Shown here piece by piece: positions 56,063-64,000 of a stretch of DNA of 64,000 bases (the stretch's first letter is position 1; every line of letters starts with the position of its first letter). The translations under genes were made by a program, and so were the position numbers. The notes below the pieces were generated by a model. It worked only from the letters and a program-made list of their open reading frames with translations. It was not told the origin of the DNA and ran no database searches. The stretch is from UHGV virus genome UHGV-0038495, one strand, 5' to 3'. This DNA is from a virus.

Positions 56063-56395
56063 TTAAACAAACTCATAACCACCACATTCTATTTCTTCTT
56101 TTGTAAAATATTCTTCTATAACGACTCTTCTTTTATATACTTCTGAAATTGAAGTATATATTGAATAATCATTTTCCTGCATTTCAGTTTTACCCTCTAA
56201 CCAGTTTACTTCAAAATATCTATTTCCTATTTTTATAATAGTTCCTTTTACATTCTCCCAACGACTAGCTTCGTCTATAGTTTTCTCTTTTATAGTTTCC
56301 ATACCGGGAATTTTTTCCCAAACTATCTGCTGTATTTCATAAGGAGTAAATTCATTTGTCATTTCATATCTTTCAATTATTTCTTTCGCTGTCAT
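56063..56395 (-). CDS. hypothetical protein (paralog of 56598..56945)
   Basis: TIIKIGNRYFEVNW aligns with TVVKVKNRFFEIFW in the other ORF. Confidence 0.35.
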   Translation of the reverse strand: MTAKEIIERYEMTNEFTPYEIQQIVWEKIPGMETIKEKTIDEASRWENVKGTIIKIGNRYFEVNWLEGKTEMQENDYSIYTSISEVYKRRVVIEEYFTKEEIECGGYEFV

Positions 56396-56589
56396 TATGG
56401 TCTTGCCCTCAACACATTCTTTATTCTTTCAATTTTATAATTATATTCTCTAAGCGTTCTAAATAAGTGACGGATTTCATCCGAGGTTATATCTGGCTTA
56501 ATCTTCGTAAGGTCCATTTCTACCTTCTCTAAACCTGCTTCGCGCGCCTGCGCTATATTAATGATTACTGTCTCAATTACCTTTTGCAT
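56395..56589 (-). CDS. hypothetical small protein
   Basis: ORF on the coding strand. Confidence 0.3.
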   Translation of the reverse strand: MQKVIETVIINIAQAREAGLEKVEMDLTKIKPDITSDEIRHLFRTLREYNYKIERIKNVLRARP

Positions 56590-56597
56590 AGCTTCTC

Positions 56598-56945
56598 CTA
56601 ATAATATATTACAGTTTCTACTGTATGTGGGAATACTTCATTGACATCGTCAACATAAAAATTAAGTTCACTAAAATTTCCAAATAATACTTCACATTTC
56701 ATATCCCAAAATATTTCAAAAAATCTGTTCTTTACTTTTACTACTGTTATATAAGTTTTTTTATAGATAGATTCAATATCATTTTCAGCTCTTTCTGCTA
56801 CGATTTCAAAATTATCTATTGCATATTTTAAATCTTTTTCTGAAAACTTTTCATCTAAATTATCATATATTTCTATAAACCTATCTTCTGTCATTAAGTT
56901 CACTCTCCAATCCATATCTACAAACATCACATGCGCAAGAGCCAA
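56598..56945 (-). CDS. hypothetical protein (paralog of 56063..56395)
   Basis: See 56063..56395. Confidence 0.35.
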   Translation of the reverse strand: MALAHVMFVDMDWRVNLMTEDRFIEIYDNLDEKFSEKDLKYAIDNFEIVAERAENDIESIYKKTYITVVKVKNRFFEIFWDMKCEVLFGNFSELNFYVDDVNEVFPHTVETVIYY

Positions 56946-57014
56946 GTTTTATACAGTACTTTGCGCAACAATTTTCTCCAAATAAATTCATTAATAATTC
57001 TTTCATATTATTTC

Positions 57015-57071
57015 CCTCAACTTTCTATAATTATTATAACAAATTTTTTGAGAATTTGAAAGTCGGAGCCG
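57015..57071 (-). promoter_or_regulatory. Promoter cassette copy (long variant, near-identical to 61935..61991)
   Basis: caactttctataattattataacaaattttttgagaatttgaaagtcgga. Confidence 0.5.
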
Positions 57072-57087
57072 CGCAATGGCAAAAAAG

Positions 57088-57113
57088 AAAGCACACTAAT
57101 TAAAGTGTGCTTT
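57088..57113 (-). terminator. Intrinsic terminator with AATTAA loop directly upstream of a promoter cassette
   Basis: Minus strand AAAGCACACT-TTAATT-AGTGTGCTTT followed by CTTTTTTGCC. Confidence 0.5.
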
Positions 57114-57129
57114 GAAAAAATATTTTTAT

Positions 57130-57471
57130 TTAAAACTTACTTAAATCTATACCAAGATTTGTAAGTAAAGTATCAACATTCTTTCTTTCTTCATCTGATA
57201 TTTCTAACTTTTCCTTTTCTTTAGCCGCAGCTTCCGCTGTAACAAACGCGCCAGCATTAGACGAAGGCGTCGTAATAGTAGGGCTTGGAGTACCCTGACG
57301 AGGAATTAAGGTCTTTGGACAGCTTAAAGCTACAGCAACCTGGATTGGTTCTCCATCTTCCACGAACTCGAATACCGCGCGCTTCTTATCGTCCATACCA
57401 ACCCAGTGTTCAGGGAGTGCAGCCTTGAGCGCGTCTATAATTTTATCCTTTGATGTTCCACCTTTTGCCAT
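57130..57471 (-). CDS. hypothetical protein
   Basis: ORF on the coding strand. Confidence 0.35.
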   Translation of the reverse strand: MAKGGTSKDKIIDALKAALPEHWVGMDDKKRAVFEFVEDGEPIQVAVALSCPKTLIPRQGTPSPTITTPSSNAGAFVTAEAAAKEKEKLEISDEERKNVDTLLTNLGIDLSKF

Positions 57472-57995
57472 TAGTGCACCTCCTTTTCGAGTTCGTCAAT
57501 TTCTGCTGTAAGGTCAGCAAGCTCATTATATAACTTCATCTTCTTAGTTAAATCAGATTCATAAATAAGATGTGTTGTCTTAGAAAGAAATTCCTTCTGA
57601 AGCTTAAATAATCTCTTTTCTTTTTCTTCTTTTGTATCCTCAGATTCTGTACAATTACAGTCACAATTGTTACTGCAATGGGATTCATACTCTTCATTTT
57701 CTATTGTATCGTCAAACATATCGAAATCTATAGCTCGCGCGCAATCATCCATCTTATAATAATTATAAGAGGTATCATATTCATCTTCTATTGCAACACA
57801 CCATTCTCTATCATCAAAAACAATAGATGGGTCTAAATGGAAAGTTTCCATACCTACACCATCTTTCATAACTAAAACAGCGTCATCCATTTCCTCTATA
57901 TCAACTAATCCTATAGCTGTGCCCATCTTTCTCATTGCATCATCAGCAACAAAATAACCATTCTTAATAAATTCAATAGCTGTTGAAAATTTCAT
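57471..57995 (-). CDS. Acidic Cys-containing protein
   Basis: CSNNCDCNCTESED. Confidence 0.35.
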   Translation of the reverse strand: MKFSTAIEFIKNGYFVADDAMRKMGTAIGLVDIEEMDDAVLVMKDGVGMETFHLDPSIVFDDREWCVAIEDEYDTSYNYYKMDDCARAIDFDMFDDTIENEEYESHCSNNCDCNCTESEDTKEEKEKRLFKLQKEFLSKTTHLIYESDLTKKMKLYNELADLTAEIDELEKEVH

Positions 57996-58071
57996 ATTTA
58001 TTGTTCCTTTCTACTGTGATTTTTAATCACCTTTAACTTACAAATATATTATAACAAAAAATTTATTGTTT

Positions 58072-58854
58072 TTAATCTGAGAGAATATCTTTCATTTTTT
58101 CTGCAATAGCCGCAACAGAAGAACAGAAATTACAAGGCTTATTCTCAGTAATACAAGCCAATTTACAGTTCCTGCGCCTGACTCCAAATTCATTATATAT
58201 TAAACAATTATTCGCGCGCGGCATACGAGGTCCGAGCATCTCAAGGTCAAAAAACCATTCTCCATTAAAATAGATTTTTGTGAGCGTTTTTTCTATAGTT
58301 ATATTGTTTACATGTGAGAAATCAATCGTCTTAAAAACATCCTCATATAAGTCAATATCTTCCGGTCTAATAAAGCAAGATTCTAACTTATCTTCCGCAC
58401 TTAAAATTGGTGAGCATCTAAGCTCAACCATACTTGCAAAAGGAAGTAAATCATCATGCGATAAAAGAAGCGCGCCAGCCACTCCGACTGAAATAACGCC
58501 CATAGAGATATATCGCTCTATATCTTTGATACTTATGGCAGGCGCCGCGCAATAAAACTTGTTTGTAACTTTTCTATTGTTTTTAAAAAATACCTCTGCT
58601 TTCTGAGGCGTGTCAAAGCGCAAAGGTACTATCTCAGCAAAATCCGCGAGTAATTTTGTATCTTCTTCATTAAGCGGATTCTGCGGGCAGTCGAGTGTGA
58701 ACCTAATCTTAGGGTACGTCGTCATAAAGTCAGGCAACTTACGGCGACTGCGCCATGGCACTATAACTTCTCTCACCAAATGAGAGTCTAAATTTTTTCT
58801 ATCTTTCTTTTTCTTTGGAAGATTAATACAAAAAGTAATCTTCTTATTCGTCAT
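58072..58854 (-). CDS. hypothetical protein
   Basis: 260-aa ORF with C-terminal Cys cluster (CKLACITENKPCNFC). Confidence 0.4.
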   Translation of the reverse strand: MTNKKITFCINLPKKKKDRKNLDSHLVREVIVPWRSRRKLPDFMTTYPKIRFTLDCPQNPLNEEDTKLLADFAEIVPLRFDTPQKAEVFFKNNRKVTNKFYCAAPAISIKDIERYISMGVISVGVAGALLLSHDDLLPFASMVELRCSPILSAEDKLESCFIRPEDIDLYEDVFKTIDFSHVNNITIEKTLTKIYFNGEWFFDLEMLGPRMPRANNCLIYNEFGVRRRNCKLACITENKPCNFCSSVAAIAEKMKDILSD

Positions 58855-60154
58855 CTGGTTCTAACCACCCTTCTGTTACTTCTTTCTCTTGCCAGCAATC
58901 TATATGATATTCATTATTGTTACGATCAGATATAGTATATTCTGATGGATTTATAACTCCACCACAATAAGGACATAACTTAGGCGCGCGGCATTTGGTA
59001 CAAACTCTTAAGGTTACACCGTCAATATTTTTACCCACTTCTCCGGGTTTAATCACATCCCCGCATTTTAAACAGTGAACCTCGTTATCAAATAAAATAT
59101 TCTCATATTTACTATACTGCTGTTGCGCATTAATCCAGTAAGTTAATTTGCCATAGAAATCATTATATCCATTGGCATTGGATATAATTAAAGATACTGG
59201 ACATTCATTTGTCGCTCTTGTAATAGAATGGTCAACATGACTTTTAGCAATATCTGCTTCTATTTTTGTATAAGGTATATTTATATTATTATTGCTTAAT
59301 AATTCCCTTAAATAACCAACAATTTTTTCAGTAAGCTGTTCGCTGTCATATGGATACGCGCGCCCAGGTACAATGAAATCTTGGTCTATGTAAACGAGCT
59401 GGCGCCACATCTTAGAATTCCATTCTCCTACGCCATCCCAATCATAGTTCTTTTTATCATCTTTTAAATAAGCTACTATAGTATTAGGTGCGCCAATATA
59501 TGCAAGAGTAGAAGCATGATATAAACCATTGTCATGCCAATTATAACAAGACTTCCAATTGGAGCTATTATCTGATAAAGTTAAATAGTCCATCGGTAAT
59601 GCGCTCAAGCACAAAGTACCGCGCAAAGTCTTGGTTGAGAGGATTTTAGCGTGCTCACGCCTGAACTCCTCAAACTCTTCCATGTCAAGGCCCAAGGCCT
59701 CAGATACTTTACGCAGCGCGCGCATTATCTTCATTCCTTCTTTTATCTGGATTTCTACACCATTAAGGCATATATTATCTTTTACTTTAGAAGTATTACC
59801 AATTAAGTTATTTACTTCCACAAAATCTAAAAGCAAACCTTTAATCTGTTCCGCTGTTGCACCATCTAAGTTTGTCGTTGATATATAGTAATGTACTGCC
59901 GCGGTATAATTAGAAACAAACTTATTATTATCTAAAAGCTGAGTCATATTATAATCAAGACTTGCTGAGTTTGCATTAATTATAAAATTAGGATATTCTT
60001 TATACATATTGGGTCCAAGCAAGAGCTGAATAAAATCAGACTTCTTCCAAAAGTTTTTTAAATAACTTTCTGCGCCCATAAAATCCTGTTCATAGAATGA
60101 AATATATTTATCTACAAGTTCAATCTGTTCCTTTAAAGTATTATTATCAATCAT
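58844..60154 (-). CDS. hypothetical protein with C-terminal zinc ribbon
   Basis: 436 aa. C-terminus CLKCGD....CTKC....CPYCGG. Confidence 0.4.
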   Translation of the reverse strand: MIDNNTLKEQIELVDKYISFYEQDFMGAESYLKNFWKKSDFIQLLLGPNMYKEYPNFIINANSASLDYNMTQLLDNNKFVSNYTAAVHYYISTTNLDGATAEQIKGLLLDFVEVNNLIGNTSKVKDNICLNGVEIQIKEGMKIMRALRKVSEALGLDMEEFEEFRREHAKILSTKTLRGTLCLSALPMDYLTLSDNSSNWKSCYNWHDNGLYHASTLAYIGAPNTIVAYLKDDKKNYDWDGVGEWNSKMWRQLVYIDQDFIVPGRAYPYDSEQLTEKIVGYLRELLSNNNINIPYTKIEADIAKSHVDHSITRATNECPVSLIISNANGYNDFYGKLTYWINAQQQYSKYENILFDNEVHCLKCGDVIKPGEVGKNIDGVTLRVCTKCRAPKLCPYCGGVINPSEYTISDRNNNEYHIDCWQEKEVTEGWLEPDDE

Positions 60155-60232
60155 TCTGTCATAAGCCTTCCTTTAATTATTAATTTATTTTATACAAATA
60201 TTATAACAAGTTTTTTAAAAAATTTGAAAAAG

Positions 60233-60430
60233 TTAAATTAATAAATGGAGTGTGTATTTTCCTAATGTATAAATCGCAAGAGCAAAGATGACTGCGAATA
60301 CTGAATCAAGAACCAATTTTAATATGCCATCATAATAAGTAATATCATATATAAAAGCAAACATTAAAAAAGCAGTGCTAAACAATAAGAATAACATCAT
60401 AACTGCATTAAGAATAATTATAAAGGACAT
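60233..60430 (-). CDS. Small membrane protein (two predicted transmembrane segments)
   Basis: Hydrophobic throughout. Confidence 0.35.
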   Translation of the reverse strand: MSFIIILNAVMMLFLLFSTAFLMFAFIYDITYYDGILKLVLDSVFAVIFALAIYTLGKYTLHLLI

Positions 60431-60582
60431 ATTATCACCCCACTAAACACCTACTCATAATATACAAAAGTATACATTCTAATATAAAGATACAAGTTTT
60501 ATTAAAAAGATCTTCCTGCACGATTATCTGGTAAAGTAAAAAACTTATTAAAGATACAAGAATAACAAAGAATAACAGCGCG

Positions 60583-60771
60583 CTAAACATTAGTCACCTC
60601 ACCTATCATTTTAAAAATAGTAAACATAATAAACATAGACATAATAATAGATATAAGAATATTAACATCTATCTCCTCTCCAAACTCAAATATATCTACA
60701 ATAATGCTACAAAGATTCATAAGCAGCAATCCTAAGATAACTATAAGAGTATATACAATTACTAATCCCAT
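60583..60771 (-). CDS. Small membrane protein
   Basis: Hydrophobic throughout. Confidence 0.35.
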   Translation of the reverse strand: MGLVIVYTLIVILGLLLMNLCSIIVDIFEFGEEIDVNILISIIMSMFIMFTIFKMIGEVTNV

Positions 60772-60885
60772 TTTTCATTCCTTTCTATTGCGCAATAAGT
60801 TATTCCAAAATATAATATCGCGGTAGTCAGCGCGCCAAATAATGGATATATAAACTCAAACATTAAAAAGCTCCAATCTAAGCTG

Positions 60886-61365
60886 CTATAATACAGCTTT
60901 CTTCATACTGTCTATCATGTAAGTAACGTGTCTATCACTTTTTAAAGTTCCATCTTCATTACCTATAAAACTCCAAGGTAAATCTATTGAAACAATACCT
61001 TTTCCTTCCATTGGGTCTTCTTCACCATAAGGCACATACCAACCCCAAAGTTTATGGAAGCGCGCGTGACTAGATTTGAGCGGCTCAAAATTCAAATCCT
61101 TAGCGCAAGAGCCGCAATAAATACGAATAGTATCCCTTGGTCCGCCGAATCCTAAGACATCATGTACTTTATGCGCCGCCCCAGCAGACACAGTAAAAGC
61201 GCATTTCTCCTTTGGATATGCTCTTGCATATTCTAATTCAGTATACCATCTTGCATCTCTTGTATTGCCAGTTCTATTATGCTTAATCTTTACGTAATTT
61301 TTTCCATTCTTCTTGAATGGTTCACTTTCTATTGTATAATTTTTCTGATATGAAGGTGCTATCAT
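60886..61365 (-). CDS. hypothetical protein
   Basis: ORF on the coding strand. Confidence 0.35.
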   Translation of the reverse strand: MIAPSYQKNYTIESEPFKKNGKNYVKIKHNRTGNTRDARWYTELEYARAYPKEKCAFTVSAGAAHKVHDVLGFGGPRDTIRIYCGSCAKDLNFEPLKSSHARFHKLWGWYVPYGEEDPMEGKGIVSIDLPWSFIGNEDGTLKSDRHVTYMIDSMKKAVL

Positions 61366-61368
61366 TTT

Positions 61369-61908
61369 TTACTTATCCTCTCTATTATTAGGGTCTATAC
61401 CCATTTCAAAGTCATATACTATAGGTTTATTATTTTCACAATAGGAAACAATGCTATCAACCGGCGGCTTCTGCATTTCACTTGCTATACGATTTATCTG
61501 ATTCTGCGCTTCTACCTGTAAAGTCTGTGCGTCCTTTAAAACATACTGTAGATAATCTCTAGTATGAGCATTATTTTTAGCAGTAATCTTATTATGTTTT
61601 ATCTGTCTGATAAACCACAAACTTCTTAACCAAGTTATATAATTATTACCCATTATATATTCTTTTTCATACATCATATAATTATCAGGTATATAAGTAA
61701 AAACTCCTTTTAAATCATATGGATTAGTAATTTTGTACTTTTCAGGTGCTAAATTATAAAAATCTTGTATTTTTTCAAGCGGCAATCTTATTGGTGCTAA
61801 ATCTTGTGCTTCCTTATAATCTATAAATTTTACAATAAGATACCCCATACCTACTGCGCCAGTAGCAAAAGCAATAACTCCTGATATCACTAAACTTACC
61901 ATTATCAT
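61369..61908 (-). CDS. Membrane-anchored hypothetical protein
   Basis: N-terminal transmembrane segment MIMVSLVISGVIAFATGAVGMGYLIV. Confidence 0.35.
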   Translation of the reverse strand: MIMVSLVISGVIAFATGAVGMGYLIVKFIDYKEAQDLAPIRLPLEKIQDFYNLAPEKYKITNPYDLKGVFTYIPDNYMMYEKEYIMGNNYITWLRSLWFIRQIKHNKITAKNNAHTRDYLQYVLKDAQTLQVEAQNQINRIASEMQKPPVDSIVSYCENNKPIVYDFEMGIDPNNREDK

Positions 61909-61934
61909 ATAAAATCCCTCTTTTCTTTTTTTCC

Positions 61935-61991
61935 TTCCTTTAACTTATATATATATTATAACAAATTTTTTTGAGAATTTGAAAGTCGGAA
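61935..61991 (-). promoter_or_regulatory. Promoter cassette copy (long variant)
   Basis: ttataacaaatttttttgagaatttgaaagtcgga. Confidence 0.5.
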
Positions 61992-62003
61992 ATATAAATA
62001 GAA

Positions 62004-62033
62004 AAAGAGTTATCTAATTAAAGATAACTCTTT
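62004..62033 (-). terminator. Intrinsic terminator with AATTAA loop directly upstream of a promoter cassette
   Basis: Minus strand AAAGAGTTATC-TTTAATT-AGATAACTCTTT followed by TTCTATTTATATTT. Confidence 0.5.
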
Positions 62034-62228
62034 ATAAGGAGTAAGCATTATATGTATATTAAAGGCGCTGCGCGCCTTGGTTTATGTTATATTATCATAT
62101 ATTTATTAATAATATAAATATTTATAATATATTAATATAATATATTATATTATATATTTATTATCTAGGTCTTTCCTCTTAATCCTCCACACACTTTTGG
62201 CTTTTTTGTTTTTGTTTTTTCTGTAAGA

Positions 62229-62260
62229 AAATTATAACACAAATTTTTTGTTTGTCAAAT
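62229..62260 (-). promoter_or_regulatory. Promoter copy with perfect TTGACA -35 and TGTGTTATAAT extended -10
   Basis: Minus strand gaTTTGACAaacaaaaaatttgtgTTATAATttt. Confidence 0.5.
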
Positions 62261-62494
62261 CAACAGTGAAATACTGTAAAAACGCAATAGCAAACAGAAA
62301 AAGAACGGTCAGCGCGCAGCAAAAAATTTTTTTGGGATTTATACTGCCGCAAACGCGCACTTTTAAAAATGAGAGGGCGACTAAAAACGAATCTCAGACG
62401 CTTTTATTTTTTTAGTTATTTTATTACAAAAATGCCTTATATGAGAAAAATATAAGGCATGATATTTTTGAGATTTATTTTTAGTTACGCGTCA

Positions 62495-62731
62495 TTATAT
62501 TTCTTCCATTAACCAATCGTACATTGCGCTCAGACAATCCTCTTCTTCCCAGAATCTACAATCTTCACAATATAGATCGTTACAAATTATTCCTTCTCCC
62601 TTTGCAGTCGCGCCATGGTCTTTAGAATATATGTGCGCCATTACTTCATCTTGAGTTTTTTCAGAAAGACTATTGTCTCCTTCAAATGTTTTATACATTT
62701 CTTCTGAGAACACTTTTCTAATTCTTTTCAT
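62495..62731 (-). CDS. Cys-x2-Cys small-protein family member (tandem array 1 of 5 or more)
   Basis: LYCEDCRFWEEEDC....WLMEEI-COOH. Confidence 0.45.
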   Translation of the reverse strand: MKRIRKVFSEEMYKTFEGDNSLSEKTQDEVMAHIYSKDHGATAKGEGIICNDLYCEDCRFWEEEDCLSAMYDWLMEEI

Positions 62732-62733
62732 AG

Positions 62734-63135
62734 TTATACCTCTTCATTAAGATACTCTTTCTTTAATTCAGTACAGGAGCCATATTTATCAAAAAGACAG
62801 TTATGACAACTTAGTAAATTACACTTAGCATAGTTATCCCATTTATCTACTGTTATTGTATCATAGATATAGTCCATAATATCTTCATTCTGCTTCTCAA
62901 AATTTGTTGTTATCCATTTATGTGTTGCCCGAATAGCTTCAGCTATATTTTTATGACAAGCAGAATTTATTAAACAATCGTCACAGTAAAGTTCCCTACA
63001 AAAATATATTTTATTATCACCAATACCTATACCAGTATCTTCAGCCAATAAATCAAACAATACTTCTTTATCTCTCTCAAATCTTGTCATTATATCTCCT
63101 CCTCTAACCAAGCTATTAATGTAGGCGTACAGCAA
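62734..63135 (-). CDS. Cys-x2-Cys small-protein family member (two modules)
   Basis: LYCDDCLINSAC ... LSCHNCLFDKYGSC....YLNEEV-COOH. Confidence 0.45.
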   Translation of the reverse strand: MLYAYINSLVRGGDIMTRFERDKEVLFDLLAEDTGIGIGDNKIYFCRELYCDDCLINSACHKNIAEAIRATHKWITTNFEKQNEDIMDYIYDTITVDKWDNYAKCNLLSCHNCLFDKYGSCTELKKEYLNEEV

Positions 63136-63470
63136 AAATAAGAATCTTCAAACCCAAAGAGTTTACATGTTTTAGAAGTACAAGGCACAGTTCTACACCT
63201 CTGAAGCGCGCCATCTTTATCTATCGCTATAACTTCTAATATAAGTTCATATATCTGCGCGCGTTTTAGTTTGTACTGCCAATTACGCTTAAGCCAATCA
63301 AGTTTCATTTCTTTGCCATTAAGACATTTAGACTCAAAAGCGCAATCATCGCACTCTATCTCTCTATCGACGCAGAGAAAAGGCTGATTAGTCTTTGCAT
63401 CTACACCCAATTCTTTCTGTAATAGTTCAAAAATTCTATTCAGTATCTGTGGATTCTCTATTCTCTTCAT
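63090..63470 (-). CDS. Cys-x2-Cys small-protein family member (two modules)
   Basis: ECDDCAFESKC ... CTSKTC......CC....WLEEEI-COOH. Confidence 0.45.
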   Translation of the reverse strand: MKRIENPQILNRIFELLQKELGVDAKTNQPFLCVDREIECDDCAFESKCLNGKEMKLDWLKRNWQYKLKRAQIYELILEVIAIDKDGALQRCRTVPCTSKTCKLFGFEDSYFCCTPTLIAWLEEEI

Positions 63471-63804
63471 CTATTTTCTCCCATATAAAATGATTTGCAA
63501 GATTGCTACACTCACCTGTAAAACTAAAAATACATTCATAGCAATCCATGTCTGTGCAACCACCTATAATATATTTTATGGTAAGTCCAACTGCCGGGCG
63601 CGTTCTATTTACTTTCTTTGTAAATATTTCATCAAAATGTTCCTCATAATAGTTTGCACGATTCACTGCATCACAATGAGCAAAACTTTGAAATACACAA
63701 TCCTTACAGAGTGTTTCTTCACAAAGATTTACTTCATTTACATCTTTATCTATTGCATAGGGCACAAGCGCAAGAGCTTCACAGTATTTAGTTTTCCAGC
63801 TCAT
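63436..63804 (-). CDS. Cys-x2-Cys small-protein family member (two modules)
   Basis: LCKDCVFQSFAHC ... CTDMDCYECIFSFTGEC.....W. Confidence 0.45.
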   Translation of the reverse strand: MSWKTKYCEALALVPYAIDKDVNEVNLCEETLCKDCVFQSFAHCDAVNRANYYEEHFDEIFTKKVNRTRPAVGLTIKYIIGGCTDMDCYECIFSFTGECSNLANHFIWEKIDEENRESTDTE

Positions 63805-63805
63805 A

Positions 63806-64000
63806 TTAAACCTCCTCCAGTAAATAATCTATTCTGCGCTGCGCACAGTTTCCATCTTCAGTGTAGAACATGCAAGAGGAACAGAAATCATCATCCCGTA
63901 CATTGCGGCAGTACCTTACTTTATTGTTCTGAATAGCTAAGTCATAGCTACCTTCGCGCACTATCTGGTCTATGTAGTCTTTGATATTATGTTTATCTAA
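63806..64000 (-). CDS. Cys-x2-Cys small-protein family member, partial (runs off the window)
   Basis: Minus-strand translation ends ...YCRNVRDDDFCSSCMFYTEDGNCAQRRIDYLLEEV*. GGAGGAGG ribosome-binding site for the downstream member. Confidence 0.4.
   Translation of the reverse strand, partial: LDKHNIKDYIDQIVREGSYDLAIQNNKVRYCRNVRDDDFCSSCMFYTEDGNCAQRRIDYLLEEV

Overview
This is a gene-dense, AT-rich window with essentially all coding on the minus strand. It reads as part of the genome of a large virulent dsDNA phage. Host-like signals are a sigma-A type promoter (TTCAAA/TTGACA-N17-TGnTATAAT), AGGAGG ribosome-binding sites, an anaerobic ribonucleotide reductase, and a cell-wall amidase with an SLH-like tail. 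Together they suggest a low-GC Gram-positive anaerobe as host, but that is inference. From start to end, the window holds the following.

- **Nucleotide metabolism:** a dUTPase gene interrupted by a group I intron that carries a homing-endonuclease ORF. NrdD/NrdG, a PhoH-like protein and a guanylate-kinase-like protein follow.
- **Replisome:** a DnaE-type Pol III alpha, and a RecD/Dda-like helicase whose P-loop is split by a LAGLIDADG intein. Also a RecJ-like DHH nuclease, a DnaG primase, a DnaB-like helicase, a Sak4-like ATPase, an ATP-dependent DNA ligase, both type II topoisomerase subunits and RNase H.
- **Lysis cassette:** an amidase_2 endolysin plus a holin-like protein.
- **Free-standing nucleases:** two GIY-YIG nucleases, one of them anchored by a transmembrane segment and a coiled coil.
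- **Predicted RNA-repair cassette:** a P-loop kinase, a calcineurin-like phosphoesterase and an Rnl2/Rnl5-like RNA ligase with a tRNA-binding OB domain. A DEDDh exonuclease and an ANT-like nucleotidyltransferase sit beside it.
- **Cell-wall enzyme:** an NAGPA-type phosphodiester glycosidase fused to a SPOR domain.
- **Radical-SAM neighbourhood:** a radical-SAM/SPASM enzyme followed by Cys-rich ORFs.
- **Structural genes:** a block of tail-fibre and beta-helix structural genes.
- **tRNA cluster:** Ser-GCU, Lys-UUU (non-canonical T arm), Ala-UGC and Thr-GGU.
- **Small-ORF region:** many short ORFs dominated by a multi-copy Cys-x2-Cys small-protein family. It includes a tandem duplicate in which one copy is intact and the other is fragmented.

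About 20 copies of one conserved 45-nt promoter cassette punctuate the window. Several of them sit directly behind intrinsic terminators that share the loop AATTAA.
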